In this document: positions 1-12,608 of the stretch, piece after piece
How positions within the stretch are numbered: position 1 is the stretch's first letter
How the letters are laid out: each line of letters opens with the position of its first letter
NCBI GenBank assembly: GCA_043228905.1
Contig: JBHGNT010000014.1
Span: forward strand, 17,422,001 to 17,486,000
From: Azolla caroliniana
Taxonomy: Eukaryota > Plantae > Polypodiophyta
Direction: 5' to 3'
DNA: 64,000 nt
Program-made: the position numbers and the translations under genes
The notes under the pieces: model-generated
Database searches by the model: none
Seen by the model: only the letters and a program-made list of their open reading frames with translations
What the model was told of the DNA's origin: nothing

Positions 1-242
1 TCATCGGCAAGAGGTACTTCCAATGACGTTGCCTGGTGTATCATCCCCTGGAAGGCATTCATATGCTCCGCCATGTTGGAGCCATCTTGGTACCGGAGTC
101 TTACTAGCTTCCGGAATACCGAAACCTGATTAACATCATTTTTGTTTTGAAACATTATGCCGATCTTCTCCCAGAGCTCATGAGCCTTGCTCTCTTCATT
201 GAAGTTGTTGTACAGGCTCATGTCGATGAAGCACCGTATGTA

Positions 243-609
243 ACTCTATCGGATCGAACAGTGGCAGATGATGCTTGGACTGCACAGTGGCGGCAACTGA
301 GTGTAGAATGGCGACAATGGAGGAGTGGACTCAATAGGGTTTAGGAACAATGGTAGTAACCTAAGCTTGAATAATCACAAAGTGATGGCCAACGTGATGT
401 GGCAATGGATCATGCATAATGCACCTAGGAATTCGGTATATAATTTATGGTGCACACATCCATTTATGGTGCATGTTTATGTTGCATATTTATGGTGCTT
501 ATTTCTATAATTAAAGCATTCTAATGTTTTCATTCATGGTGCAAAAATGACTATTTATCACTGGTAGCTTTTTGCATAGCTAATTGTTTCCACTCGCATG
601 TTTTAACCC
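243..609. mobile_element. Terminal fragment of an element-B-family (Sola2-like) transposon; duplicated at 8167-8533
   Basis: Homologous to about 35800-36189 (subterminal repeat, TTTATGGTGCAC motifs, terminal ...AATTGTTTCCACTC(G/T)CATG...CCC). Homology ends at 609 and 36189. Confidence 0.7.
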
Positions 610-972
610 ATATTCATACATATTCGTGAATCGCCATCTTGATGTAACATACAATATTTACATTTCATATATGAGAACCATCACTTCCCAAAGATACACC
701 TTCCCCTTCAGACCCATCCGATGAACTAGAAGAGCTTTGTGAGGTCTCATCCTCATCATCACTAGCAACAAATGCATTGTCTTCATCCAATTGCAATCCA
801 ACGTCACTGTGATTATGAGACATACTCCTTGTTCGTGTTTCGGTTGCATCAAGAGGTACATCTGGGATCTTCTCTTTTATTATCCTGATTGTAGTTTGTC
901 TTAGATGGCTTGTTTTGGTCAAGGAGAAGTCATACACTAGTATGTCGGCATTATCAAGTGTCAGAGTAGACG
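610..972 (-). pseudogene. 3' end of a diverged element-A-family transposase (copy A'); duplicated at 8534-8896
   Basis: TLDNADILVYDFSLTKTSHLRQTTIRIIKEK...GVSLGSDGSHI* matches the C-terminus encoded at 1877-2150; it is cut at 973 by an LTR start. Confidence 0.85.
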
Positions 973-1304
973 TGTCGGGTGTTACGAAGGCGCTTCGGCT
1001 CTTCTTTGTGCACATCAGATCGTGATGTGCTAGATTGTTTAGTGTGCTCAAGGCAGAAAAGGAAGGGGGAAGGGGACTTACCTCTGTAGCAACCCAAAAG
1101 CTTCTATTTCATTACACACAGCGAAACCTCTCTTGTCAGTTTTCTTCTCCTCTTACAACTACTCTCATACTTCTCACTCTTACTTTTTTACCTAAGTTAT
1201 AAGTGTCTTACATATTCAGCTAATTAGCTGTGAGTAGCTAATTAGCTGTGACTACCTAAATAGTTGAGTAGCTAAATAGTTGTTTTACCTATATGTCCAC
1301 TAGT
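973..1304 (-). mobile_element. Left part of the 3' LTR of copia X (duplicated at 8897-9228); the remainder is at 38146-38226
   Basis: Starts with TG where transposase homology ends. Joined across the TAGT TSD to 38146-38226, it ends in ...TTAACA directly beside the copia PPT (CTCCCCCTCAA). Confidence 0.6.
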
Positions 1305-1448
1305 AACACCGGGGCATTTGAAATAGGTGATATGTCGCAATTTAAGAACAGTCTGTCCAAAAAAGGCACAAAGAAGGTCATTTCACAAAAAGGACCATCG
1401 CATGCGTAAAGGGTTTTGGAAATTGAATCAAAATATATTGATTTATAC

Positions 1449-1716
1449 CATAGTATGAACCATACGTATCATACGTGCATTCGCATTCGTGAATGTTTCA
1501 ATCATTTGTGTAAGAAAAACACCCTCTATGAATGATAAATACCATACTTTTGGATTAACTATTTATTATGAGGTAAATAAGCCTAAAAAAAGGAAAAAAA
1601 TTAAAAAAAATGGGAAAAAAACAAAAACACAAGAATGTTTGAATAGCATTTGCATTCGTTTTCCAGCATAGGAAAACGAATGTTATGCTAGACAAACACG
1701 AATTTTACGTACTATG
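1449..1716. mobile_element. hAT-type MITE, 268 bp; duplicated at 9373-9640
   Basis: Imperfect TIRs CATAGTATGA.../...TACGTACTATG flanked by the 8-bp direct repeat ATTTATAC (1441-1448, 1717-1724); 8-bp TSDs are typical of hAT elements. Confidence 0.75.
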
Positions 1717-1876
1717 ATTTATACCATGTCCAAAAATTTCAGGCTTTCAAAAAATGCCCCTAATAATCGACATGTGAAATTTACAAGAGAACATACAAAA
1801 ACTACAAAATGACTAACATGTATATTTATATATATTTGTGAATCACCATATTGATGTAACATACAATATTTACATT

Positions 1877-4522
1877 TCATATATGAGATCCATCACTTCC
1901 AAGAGATACACCTTCCGCTTTAGACCCACCCGGTGAACTAGAAGAGCTTTGTGAAGTCTTCATCCAATTGCAATCCAAAGTCACTGTGATTATGAGACAT
2001 ACTCCTTGTTTGTCTATGTATTACGTCCACAGGAACATCTGGGGTCTTCTCTTTTATTATCTTGATTGTAGTCTGTCTTAGATGGCCTGTTTTGGTCAAG
2101 GAGAAGTCATACACGAGTATGTCAACATTATCAAGTGCTAGACTAGACGTGGTTGGTAGATTCTTTCTTCGTTGCTTTCTGCTTGTGCCTTCGACATCCT
2201 TAACCATCTCTAAAGAGTACTTCCCAGTAAATGCATCTTTGAAAGAGGTATGATACCAATGAACCATAATAGACTTTACTTGATTGCCTTCATCATCCTT
2301 AATAATTTCAATGATTTTGGCAATCCAGAAGGGATGGCCTAACTTATCACCCCCAACTAATGTTGCAACCAACATACCAACTTGTGGCTCATGTAGATTG
2401 TCTTTCCAACTCGCCTCTGCAGCATGTGATAATCTTAGTCCCATGTAAATATCTCTTCTTCATGGACGAACTAGATTATTTAATTCAAGATTATCTAGTG
2501 ATTGTAAAGGAGTCATGCTTGCCATTGATGGGCCACCAAGCGCCCATTTGAATTGATTTTGTAGTGGCTAGAACCCTGTAAAGTGGTTATCTAATATTGT
2601 ATGTTGATGATTAAAGAAGACATCCCACCAATCCACATCCTGATCATCAACATACTTTTTGGTTTGGTCAATATTTTTCTGTTTTTCCTCAGGGCACTAC
2701 ATCCAATATATCTTTTGCTCTTCAATTGAACTACCAACAACCAATCTTTTTTGGTCGTCATAGGTCATTTGCTCAGCACCATAGATTATTGCATCTGGGA
2801 AATGCAATAAGAGCCTACATCCGTCTTGTGGCTCCTATTGCGAACTAGATGAGTATTGTTTGGCATACAACATGGTCTGGTTGTCACCGACCACACCTTT
2901 TTGGATGAGGAAGACGTGGTTAAAACTTACATTATTAAGCGGAGCAAGAACCCTACACCTAGTCCCATCACCATCCAAAGAGAAGCGCTTGAAATCATAT
3001 ACTTCATCTAAATGTTGCACATCTAGCTTGGGGGTATAAGCTTCAACAACCAACCTTGATAGCATAGGAAGTGTGAAAGCATCACACCTCGCTAATTTCT
3101 TGGAGAACCTACTAAACATTTGATCTATGTGATCATGTGTATGACCAACTAGCATGAAGTTGACCTTAATTTTTTTGAAAATACCCTTGTCTAATAACAT
3201 GCTTAGGTAACCAAACAAAGTTGAGTTCTTGTTTTTTCTCGTTGTGTTGTCAAGTTGCACGTATAGTATTGGTGGGAGTAAACCTTGCCAACTTTGCAGA
3301 ACTCTTTGCATGACTGTAGTTACTGTAAGATTAGGGTCTTTGTGGATATTTAGATAAGTTAAGAACACTTGAGGCCTTATTGTCTGACAATACAAAAGAG
3401 GTCCTACTAAGTGCATCTGCACTAGGCATTCATCTCCAATATCCTTGGGCAATCTTCGAAAGTGTGGAAAACAAGTTTGCTTCTGATCCATCCCATCTAT
3501 AATCAAGCACATGTATCTTGCTGGCGATTGAAGCGCTTTTTGACGATGGTGCATAACTTTAAATCTTTCCAACGCTTCGCTTTCTCGATGCTCTCTCAAT
3601 AAAGTCTTATATTTTGTTATTTCTCCATCTATTGTGCCACTCTTTGCCAAGCTTTTTAAACTTGCACAGATCGAACAAACACCCATCCAGACCTTGCGAG
3701 CTATGACCACATTGTTAAACTTCGATCTCCATAAACGATTGAAATGCCTATACTGTATATAAGCTACACTTTCCAATAACATGTCATCCTTATAGGCTTG
3801 GTATACCTCACGACGAGTGAAGTTATCTGACAAATGTAACCTTCCAATCGTGGGTATAACATCACATTGCTTCAAGAAATAAATCTCCATCCATCTAACA
3901 ACATGTCGCCCAATCAGGCCCTTACATGAAGATTCTCTATTGTTCCCGATGCTATAAGAAATTTTAAAAGCAACTCGACAACTCTTCGTAGTAAGTGAAA
4001 GGTAATATTTCACCTATTGAGAACACTACACTACTAGATTGTCCTTAACAAGTTGCATATTGGCAATCAAGAATGTATCTTGTTCGTCGCCATTGAGAGA
4101 CAAATACTTTTCATGCAACCCCTGCAAGTTTGCCTTTCCATATTTTGATAGACAAAGGCTCCCACAACATACCTTGCATATGTCAATTGAAATTTGTCGA
4201 TCCGAACACAAAAAATTATATCGTTTCACACTTGTCGAGGAACTCTTTACAAATTTAGACGTTTATTGACACAGTCTTCATTAGCATTTGATTAACTAGA
4301 ATTGACATGAGTTGTATCTACTTTAATATATCTTGTTTTACGTATGTTTAATGGCTCTATAAAAAAAATTGACGCTGAGCTTTGCTCTTGATCGTCATTG
4401 TTCTTAACATGGCACCTTTTATTATTAACATGGCTATATTCCTCGATTGAGAATAAGGAGTTATCAGATAATATAATAGGCTCAATAGAAAACAAAGAAT
4501 TTTCACTCGACTTTGAAGACAT
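1877..4522 (-). pseudogene. Sola-like DDD transposase of element A (stops and frameshifts)
   Basis: ORF pieces 4292-4546, 4026-4229, 2835-4013 and 1938-2444. Motifs: CKVCCGSLCL, CSIC...H, LIIDGMDQ, LYVQLDNTTRKNKN, FMLVGHTHDHIDQMFS (RNase-H-fold acidic triad). Confidence 0.8.
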
Positions 4523-4684
4523 TTTGCTCAAGGCTAAGTAACACAAACAATGTCTAAAATAGGCACACGCTTGGTTCTATAATAAGCACCATGTCCAAAA
4601 ACATATTTTTTATTTTTAAAAATAATAATTTTGAAAATACAAAATAAAAAATATATAAAGGGAAGTCATCTTCTATTTCTCATT

Positions 4685-7600
4685 TGACGAGAACCCAACG
4701 TTCCTTATGTCCAACACTCGGCCACAACCGAGATTCTTTTCATACACAGAAAAACAGGTAATAAAACACGACACAAAAGGAGAGGAAGATACACAAGAGG
4801 TTAACGTGGAAAACCCCAAACTAGGGGAAAAAACCACGGCAGCCCACAGGCTGCAAACTGTCACTATGTATGAATGTACAAAACAGTGAGTACATGGAGG
4901 CAACGACCTCGGACTCACGATCTTCGCCACAGGCGGCGGTTACAACAGAGGCAACGACCTCGTCTCTCTCTCTCTCTCTCTCTGTACAGTTACGCACTCT
5001 CTCTTTTTCTTGCACCAACAAGAAAAATGACAACAACAACTATTAGTTTGCCCTAAGTCATATTTATACTAATATGACTTTTCGGCTATTTACAAATATA
5101 GCCACGGTGGGCTCTCAGAAACATATTTACGAATATGTCTCTTCCTTCGGTTCATACCGGGTCTGCACCATCCGGCTCTCCGTAGCCGGGTACTCCTCAT
5201 TCGGTTCGTACCGGGCCTGCACCATCCGGCTCTCCGTAGCCGGGTACTCCTCATCCGGTTCATACCGGGTTTGCACCATCCGGCTCTCCGTAGCCAGGTA
5301 CTCCTCATCCGGTTCGTACCGGGCCTGCACCATCCGGCTCTCCGTAGCCGGGTACTCCTCGTCCGGTTCATACCGGGTCTGCATCGGCCGAGTTTGTTCA
5401 TCGTCACTGATCTTCTTCCTTCCCATCCAAAGGGACCAGTTTCCCAACAAACTCCCCCTTCACTCCGGCATGGGGTGTCTTACCAGCCCGATCTTCTTCC
5501 GGAATGCGTTCAGCTTGTCGGGTGCCAGCACTTTGGTTAGCATATCTGACCCGTTCTCGGCCGTGTGGATCTTCGTCAGTGCGAACTCCTGGTCATCTAC
5601 TCTTTCCCGGATCTAGTGATATCCCTTCTTCTGCTGGAATCCCTTCACCACGATCCTGGCTTTGTATCTCGGGGGGTTGCCGGCATCTCCCGGTTTCAAC
5701 TTGTACACCCACTTGTTTCGGAGTGCCCGCTTTCCTTTCGGCAACTCCACCAATTCGTATGTATGGTTCTCATGCAGGGAATCCATCTCGTCCTGCATGG
5801 CACTTAACCATTTTCGGCTGTGGGTGTCTTCCTTCACTTCTTCGAAGCTTTCCGGCTCCCCCTCATCGCTCAGCAAAACACTCTGCATCCGGAAATCTCC
5901 GGGGGGCCCTTCTCTCTCAGAGAGGATATCTACGTCTTCGGGCTTCGGTAACCGGCTCCTCCATTTGCTCTTCATCCGAATCGGATTCGAGGTCTTGGCC
6001 GGTTCCGGTCTCAGCTTCCTCTACTTCTTCTTCTGCCGGTTCGGTATCCTCACCGTAACCGGCTGGTTCCTCGAGTGCTAACCGGTCTCTTGCCGGTTGG
6101 GTCTGCTCATCGTAAAGTCTATCCTTACCGGTCGACTCGGAGTTCATTATCTTCTTCTCCGACTCCCAGTCGGCGAGCGTCTTGTCCTCCATGAAGATAA
6201 TATCTCGACTCCGGGATACCTTCTTGTCGACCGGGTCCCACACTCGGTAGCCGAACTCATCGTCACCGTAACCGAGGAATATGCATGGTCGGGTCTTTGG
6301 ATCTAGCTTTCCTCTCCGATCCTTTGCTACATGCACGTACGCGAGACACCCGAACACCTTCAGATGCCGGTAGGATACTTCCTTACCGGTCCACACTCTC
6401 TGTGGCGTGTCTCCATCCAAGGGTACTGAGGGTGATCTATTTATCACGTATGTCGCCGTCGACAGTGCCTCAGCCCAAAACTTCTTGGGTAGTTTTGCAT
6501 GCGCTAGCATACTCTGGACCCTCTCCATTATGGTCCGGTTCATCCTCTCGGCCAGTCCGTTTAGTTCCCGCGTCTTCGGCACGGTAAATTCGAGCCGGAT
6601 TCCCTTCGAGCGGTAGTACTCCTCGAACTGCCCCCGGTATTCTCCTCCGGTGTCTGCTCGAACCGCCTTCAGCTTCCGGTCGGTTTCTCTTTCCACTCTC
6701 GTGTGGAGCTCTTTGAAGACGGATAACACCTGATCCTTCGTCTTCAGCGGTGTGGCCCACAGCTTCTGGCTGTGGTCATCTATGAACGTCACGAAGTACT
6801 GCGCTCCGGCATGTGACTTTGTGTCTACTTGACACACATCCGTATGCACCAACTCCAGTGGTGCATTACGTCTCATCGGTGGCCTTGGTCGGAAGGAGGT
6901 CCGGTTCTGCTTACCGGCCAGACAATCAGTGCACTTCTCTAAGTGCACGTTCTTCACTGGAATGAGGTTGTCGTCTGCAAGCCTCTTCATCCCCTTCTCG
7001 CTCATATGACACAGCCTCTTGTGCCACAGCTCACCAGCAGTGTCGGATGCCACGTTTAGTTCTTCCGGACATAACCGGGCATTCATCAGGTACAGCGTGT
7101 TTACATTCCGGGCCCGAGCCACAATCAAGCTCCCTTTGCTGAACTTCATGACACCGTTCCGGATGCTACCCGTGTAGCCTTCATCATCTAGCCGACCGGC
7201 TGATATCAGGTTCACACGAACTTCCGGAACGTGTCGGACATCCTTCAAAAGCAACTTGCATCCGGTTGCTGTTGTTAGCCACACGTCTCCTATGCCGACA
7301 ATTCGGCATGTTCCTTCATTCCCCATCCGGACACAGCCGTGGTCACTGGCTGAGTAGGATGCGAAGCATTTCCGGTCCGGGGTAAGGTGGAACGATGCTC
7401 CGGAGTCTACCCCCCAGGTCATCTCGTCGCCGGCAAGGTTTATCTCACTCTCCTCAGTGATGAGCATCAACTCTTCTTCACTTGCCGCGATTGCCGTCGT
7501 TCCCTTCCGGTCCGGCCCCCTCCGGTCTTTACCGTTTCGGTCTTTACCATTCCGGTCCGGGGTTTGCTTCGAATCGGTACCGTCGGTTTCCTTGTCTTTA

Positions 7601-8166
7601 CGGAAATGCCGACATTTCTTTTGGAAGTGTCCCGGCTTGCCGCAATAGAAGCAAGTAGGCCTCCCCCTTGACTTTGACCGTTTCCCCGACTTCTCCCAGT
7701 TCTGGGGACTACGGTTTCTATGTCTTCCGCGTTCCGATTCGGTAAGGAGCGCTTTGGAGTCGGAGCTCATATCTTTGTCTTTCCGACGCGCCTCCTCATC
7801 TAGCAAGCTCGACTTTACTCTTGCTAGGGATAACCGTTTTCCTTCCGGACCGGCGTTGCCCAAAGTGACAACCAACGTCTCCCAGCTATCCGGGAGGGAA
7901 CCGAGCAGGAGTAGCGCTAATACCTCATCGGCAAGAGGTACTTCCAATGACGTTGCCTGGTGTATCATCCCCTGGAAGGCATTCATATGCTCCGCCATGT
8001 TGGAGCCATCTTGGTACCGGAGTCTTACTAGCTTCCGGAATACCGAAACCTGATTAACATCATTTTTGTTTTGAAACATTATGCCGATCTTCTCCCAGAG
8101 CTCATGAGCCTTGCTCTCTTCATTGAAGTTGTTGTACAGGCTCATGTCGATGAAGCACCGTATGTA
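4685..8166 (-). mobile_element. Ty1/copia, 5'-truncated duplicate of 12609-16976 (3' LTR 4685-5449)
   Basis: Gag-PR-IN ORF 5917-8145 (CFYCGKPGHFQKKC, VDSGAS, LVHTDVC, LNGLAERMNRT); cut at the tandem junction. Confidence 0.95.
5149..5385. repeat. 54-bp CCGG-rich tandem repeat (about 4.3 copies) in copia LTR U3; also at 13073-13309, about 16676-16912 and about 42305-42670
   Basis: Unit ACCATCCGGCTCTCCGTAGCCGGGTACTCCTCATCCGGTTCRTACCGGGYCTGC, upstream (element strand) of TATAAATA. Confidence 0.95.
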
Positions 8167-9800
8167 ACTCTATCGGATCGAACAGTGGCAGATGATGCTT
8201 GGACTGCACAGTGGCGGCAACTGAGTGTAGAATGGCGACAATGGAGGAGTGGACTCAATAGGGTTTAGGAACAATGGTAGTAACCTAAGCTTGAATAATC
8301 ACAAAGTGATGGCCAACGTGATGTGGCAATGGATCATGCATAATGCACCTAGGAATTCGGTATATAATTTATGGTGCACACATCCATTTATGGTGCATGT
8401 TTATGTTGCATATTTATGGTGCTTATTTCTATAATTAAAGCATTCTAATGTTTTCATTCATGGTGCAAAAATGACTATTTATCACTGGTAGCTTTTTGCA
8501 TAGCTAATTGTTTCCACTCGCATGTTTTAACCCATATTCATACATATTCGTGAATCGCCATCTTGATGTAACATACAATATTTACATTTCATATATGAGA
8601 ACCATCACTTCCCAAAGATACACCTTCCCCTTCAGACCCATCCGATGAACTAGAAGAGCTTTGTGAGGTCTCATCCTCATCATCACTAGCAACAAATGCA
8701 TTGTCTTCATCCAATTGCAATCCAACGTCACTGTGATTATGAGACATACTCCTTGTTCGTGTTTCGGTTGCATCAAGAGGTACATCTGGGATCTTCTCTT
8801 TTATTATCCTGATTGTAGTTTGTCTTAGATGGCTTGTTTTGGTCAAGGAGAAGTCATACACTAGTATGTCGGCATTATCAAGTGTCAGAGTAGACGTGTC
8901 GGGTGTTACGAAGGCGCTTCGGCTCTTCTTTGTGCACATCAGATCGTGATGTGCTAGATTGTTTAGTGTGCTCAAGGCAGAAAAGGAAGGGGGAAGGGGA
9001 CTTACCTCTGTAGCAACCCAAAAGCTTCTATTTCATTACACACAGCGAAACCTCTCTTGTCAGTTTTCTTCTCCTCTTACAACTACTCTCATACTTCTCA
9101 CTCTTACTTTTTTACCTAAGTTATAAGTGTCTTACATATTCAGCTAATTAGCTGTGAGTAGCTAATTAGCTGTGACTACCTAAATAGTTGAGTAGCTAAA
9201 TAGTTGTTTTACCTATATGTCCACTAGTAACACCGGGGCATTTGAAATAGGTGATATGTCGCAATTTAAGAACAGTCTGTCCAAAAAAGGCACAAAGAAG
9301 GTCATTTCACAAAAAGGACCATCGCATGCGTAAAGGGTTTTGGAAATTGAATCAAAATATATTGATTTATACCATAGTATGAACCATACGTATCATACGT
9401 GCATTCGCATTCGTGAATGTTTCAATCATTTGTGTAAGAAAAACACCCTCTATGAATGATAAATACCATACTTTTGGATTAACTATTTATTATGAGGTAA
9501 ATAAGCCTAAAAAAAGGAAAAAAATTAAAAAAAATGGGAAAAAAACAAAAACACAAGAATGTTTGAATAGCATTTGCATTCGTTTTCCAGCATAGGAAAA
9601 CGAATGTTATGCTAGACAAACACGAATTTTACGTACTATGATTTATACCATGTCCAAAAATTTCAGGCTTTCAAAAAATGCCCCTAATAATCGACATGTG
9701 AAATTTACAAGAGAACATACAAAAACTACAAAATGACTAACATGTATATTTATATATATTTGTGAATCACCATATTGATGTAACATACAATATTTACATT

Positions 9801-12446
9801 TCATATATGAGATCCATCACTTCCAAGAGATACACCTTCCGCTTTAGACCCACCCGGTGAACTAGAAGAGCTTTGTGAAGTCTTCATCCAATTGCAATCC
9901 AAAGTCACTGTGATTATGAGACATACTCCTTGTTTGTCTATGTATTACGTCCACAGGAACATCTGGGGTCTTCTCTTTTATTATCTTGATTGTAGTCTGT
10001 CTTAGATGGCCTGTTTTGGTCAAGGAGAAGTCATACACGAGTATGTCAACATTATCAAGTGCTAGACTAGACGTGGTTGGTAGATTCTTTCTTCGTTGCT
10101 TTCTGCTTGTGCCTTCGACATCCTTAACCATCTCTAAAGAGTACTTCCCAGTAAATGCATCTTTGAAAGAGGTATGATACCAATGAACCATAATAGACTT
10201 TACTTGATTGCCTTCATCATCCTTAATAATTTCAATGATTTTGGCAATCCAGAAGGGATGGCCTAACTTATCACCCCCAACTAATGTTGCAACCAACATA
10301 CCAACTTGTGGCTCATGTAGATTGTCTTTCCAACTCGCCTCTGCAGCATGTGATAATCTTAGTCCCATGTAAATATCTCTTCTTCATGGACGAACTAGAT
10401 TATTTAATTCAAGATTATCTAGTGATTGTAAAGGAGTCATGCTTGCCATTGATGGGCCACCAAGCGCCCATTTGAATTGATTTTGTAGTGGCTAGAACCC
10501 TGTAAAGTGGTTATCTAATATTGTATGTTGATGATTAAAGAAGACATCCCACCAATCCACATCCTGATCATCAACATACTTTTTGGTTTGGTCAATATTT
10601 TTCTGTTTTTCCTCAGGGCACTACATCCAATATATCTTTTGCTCTTCAATTGAACTACCAACAACCAATCTTTTTTGGTCGTCATAGGTCATTTGCTCAG
10701 CACCATAGATTATTGCATCTGGGAAATGCAATAAGAGCCTACATCCGTCTTGTGGCTCCTATTGCGAACTAGATGAGTATTGTTTGGCATACAACATGGT
10801 TTGGTTGTCACCGACCACACCTTTTTGGATGAGGAAGACGTGGTTAAAACTTACATTATTAAGCGGAGCAAGAACCCTACACCTAGTCCCATCACCATCC
10901 AAAGAGAAGCGCTTGAAATCATATACTTCATCTAAATGTTGCACATCTAGCTTGGGGGTATAAGCTTCAACAACCAACCTTGATAGCATAGGAAGTGTGA
11001 AAGCATCACACCTCGCTAATTTCTTGGAGAACCTACTAAACATTTGATCTATGTGATCATGTGTATGACCAACTAGCATGAAGTTGACCTTAATTTTTTT
11101 GAAAATACCCTTGTCTAATAACATGCTTAGGTAACCAAACAAAGTTGAGTTCTTGTTTTTTCTCGTTGTGTTGTCAAGTTGCACGTATAGTATTGGTGGG
11201 AGTAAACCTTGCCAACTTTGCAGAACTCTTTGCATGACTGTAGTTACTGTAAGATTAGGGTCTTTGTGGATATTTAGATAAGTTAAGAACACTTGAGGCC
11301 TTATTGTCTGACAATACAAAAGAGGTCCTACTAAGTGCATCTGCACTAGGCATTCATCTCCAATATCCTTGGGCAATCTTCGAAAGTGTGGAAAACAAGT
11401 TTGCTTCTGATCCATCCCATCTATAATCAAGCACATGTATCTTGCTGGCGATTGAAGCGCTTTTTGACGATGGTGCATAACTTTAAATCTTTCCAACGCT
11501 TCGCTTTCTCGATGCTCTCTCAATAAAGTCTTATATTTTGTTATTTCTCCATCTATTGTGCCACTCTTTGCCAAGCTTTTTAAACTTGCACAGATCGAAC
11601 AAACACCCATCCAGACCTTGCGAGCTATGACCACATTGTTAAACTTCGATCTCCATAAACGATTGAAATGCCTATACTGTATATAAGCTACACTTTCCAA
11701 TAACATGTCATCCTTATAGGCTTGGTATACCTCACGACGAGTGAAGTTATCTGACAAATGTAACCTTCCAATCGTGGGTATAACATCACATTGCTTCAAG
11801 AAATAAATCTCCATCCATCTAACAACATGTCGCCCAATCAGGCCCTTACATGAAGATTCTCTATTGTTCCCGATGCTATAAGAAATTTTAAAAGCAACTC
11901 GACAACTCTTCGTAGTAAGTGAAAGGTAATATTTCACCTATTGAGAACACTACACTACTAGATTGTCCTTAACAAGTTGCATATTGGCAATCAAGAATGT
12001 ATCTTGTTCGTCGCCATTGAGAGACAAATACTTTTCATGCAACCCCTGCAAGTTTGCCTTTCCATATTTTGATAGACAAAGGCTCCCACAACATACCTTG
12101 CATATGTCAATTGAAATTTGTCGATCCGAACACAAAAAATTATATCGTTTCACACTTGTCGAGGAACTCTTTACAAATTTAGACGTTTATTGACACAGTC
12201 TTCATTAGCATTTGATTAACTAGAATTGACATGAGTTGTATCTACTTTAATATATCTTGTTTTACGTATGTTTAATGGCTCTATAAAAAAAATTGACGCT
12301 GAGCTTTGCTCTTGATCGTCATTGTTCTTAACATGGCACCTTTTATTATTAACATGGCTATATTCCTCGATTGAGAATAAGGAGTTATCAGATAATATAA
12401 TAGGCTCAATAGAAAACAAAGAATTTTCACTCGACTTTGAAGACAT
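9801..12446 (-). pseudogene. Sola-like DDD transposase of element A (disrupted)
   Basis: Same as 1877-4522 (+7924): IIDGMDQ / QLDN..NKN / GHTHDHIDQMFS. Confidence 0.8.
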
Positions 12447-12608
12447 TTTGCTCAAGGCTAAGTAACACAAACAATGTCTAAAATAGGCACACGCTTGGTT
12501 CTATAATAAGCACCATGTCCAAAAACATATTTTTTATTTTTAAAAATAATAATTTTGAAAATACAAAATAAAAAATATATAAAGGGAAGTCATCTTCTAT
12601 TTCTCATT

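Larger units (their letters stand above)
1305..4684 (-). mobile_element. Left arm of element A, duplicated copy (TIR plus transposase)
   Basis: Near-identical to 9229-12608; TIR AACACCGGGGCATTTGAAATAGGTGATATGTCGCA preceded by TAGT. Confidence 0.8.

Noticed and set aside
1298-1310. CACTAG near the left end of element A suggesting a CACTA terminus
   Set aside because: No matching TAGTG at the right end; inverted symmetry starts at AACACC with a 4-bp TSD, and the transposase motifs are not CACTA-like.
5149-5385. CRISPR-like appearance of the 54-, 58- and 82-bp arrays
   Set aside because: Contiguous tandem repeats without unique spacers; no cas genes; eukaryotic context.
5051-5616. Repetitive ORFs such as YEPDEEYPATESRMVQAR on both strands
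   Set aside because: By-product of a 54-bp (multiple of three) tandem repeat inside LTRs; no evidence for a protein.
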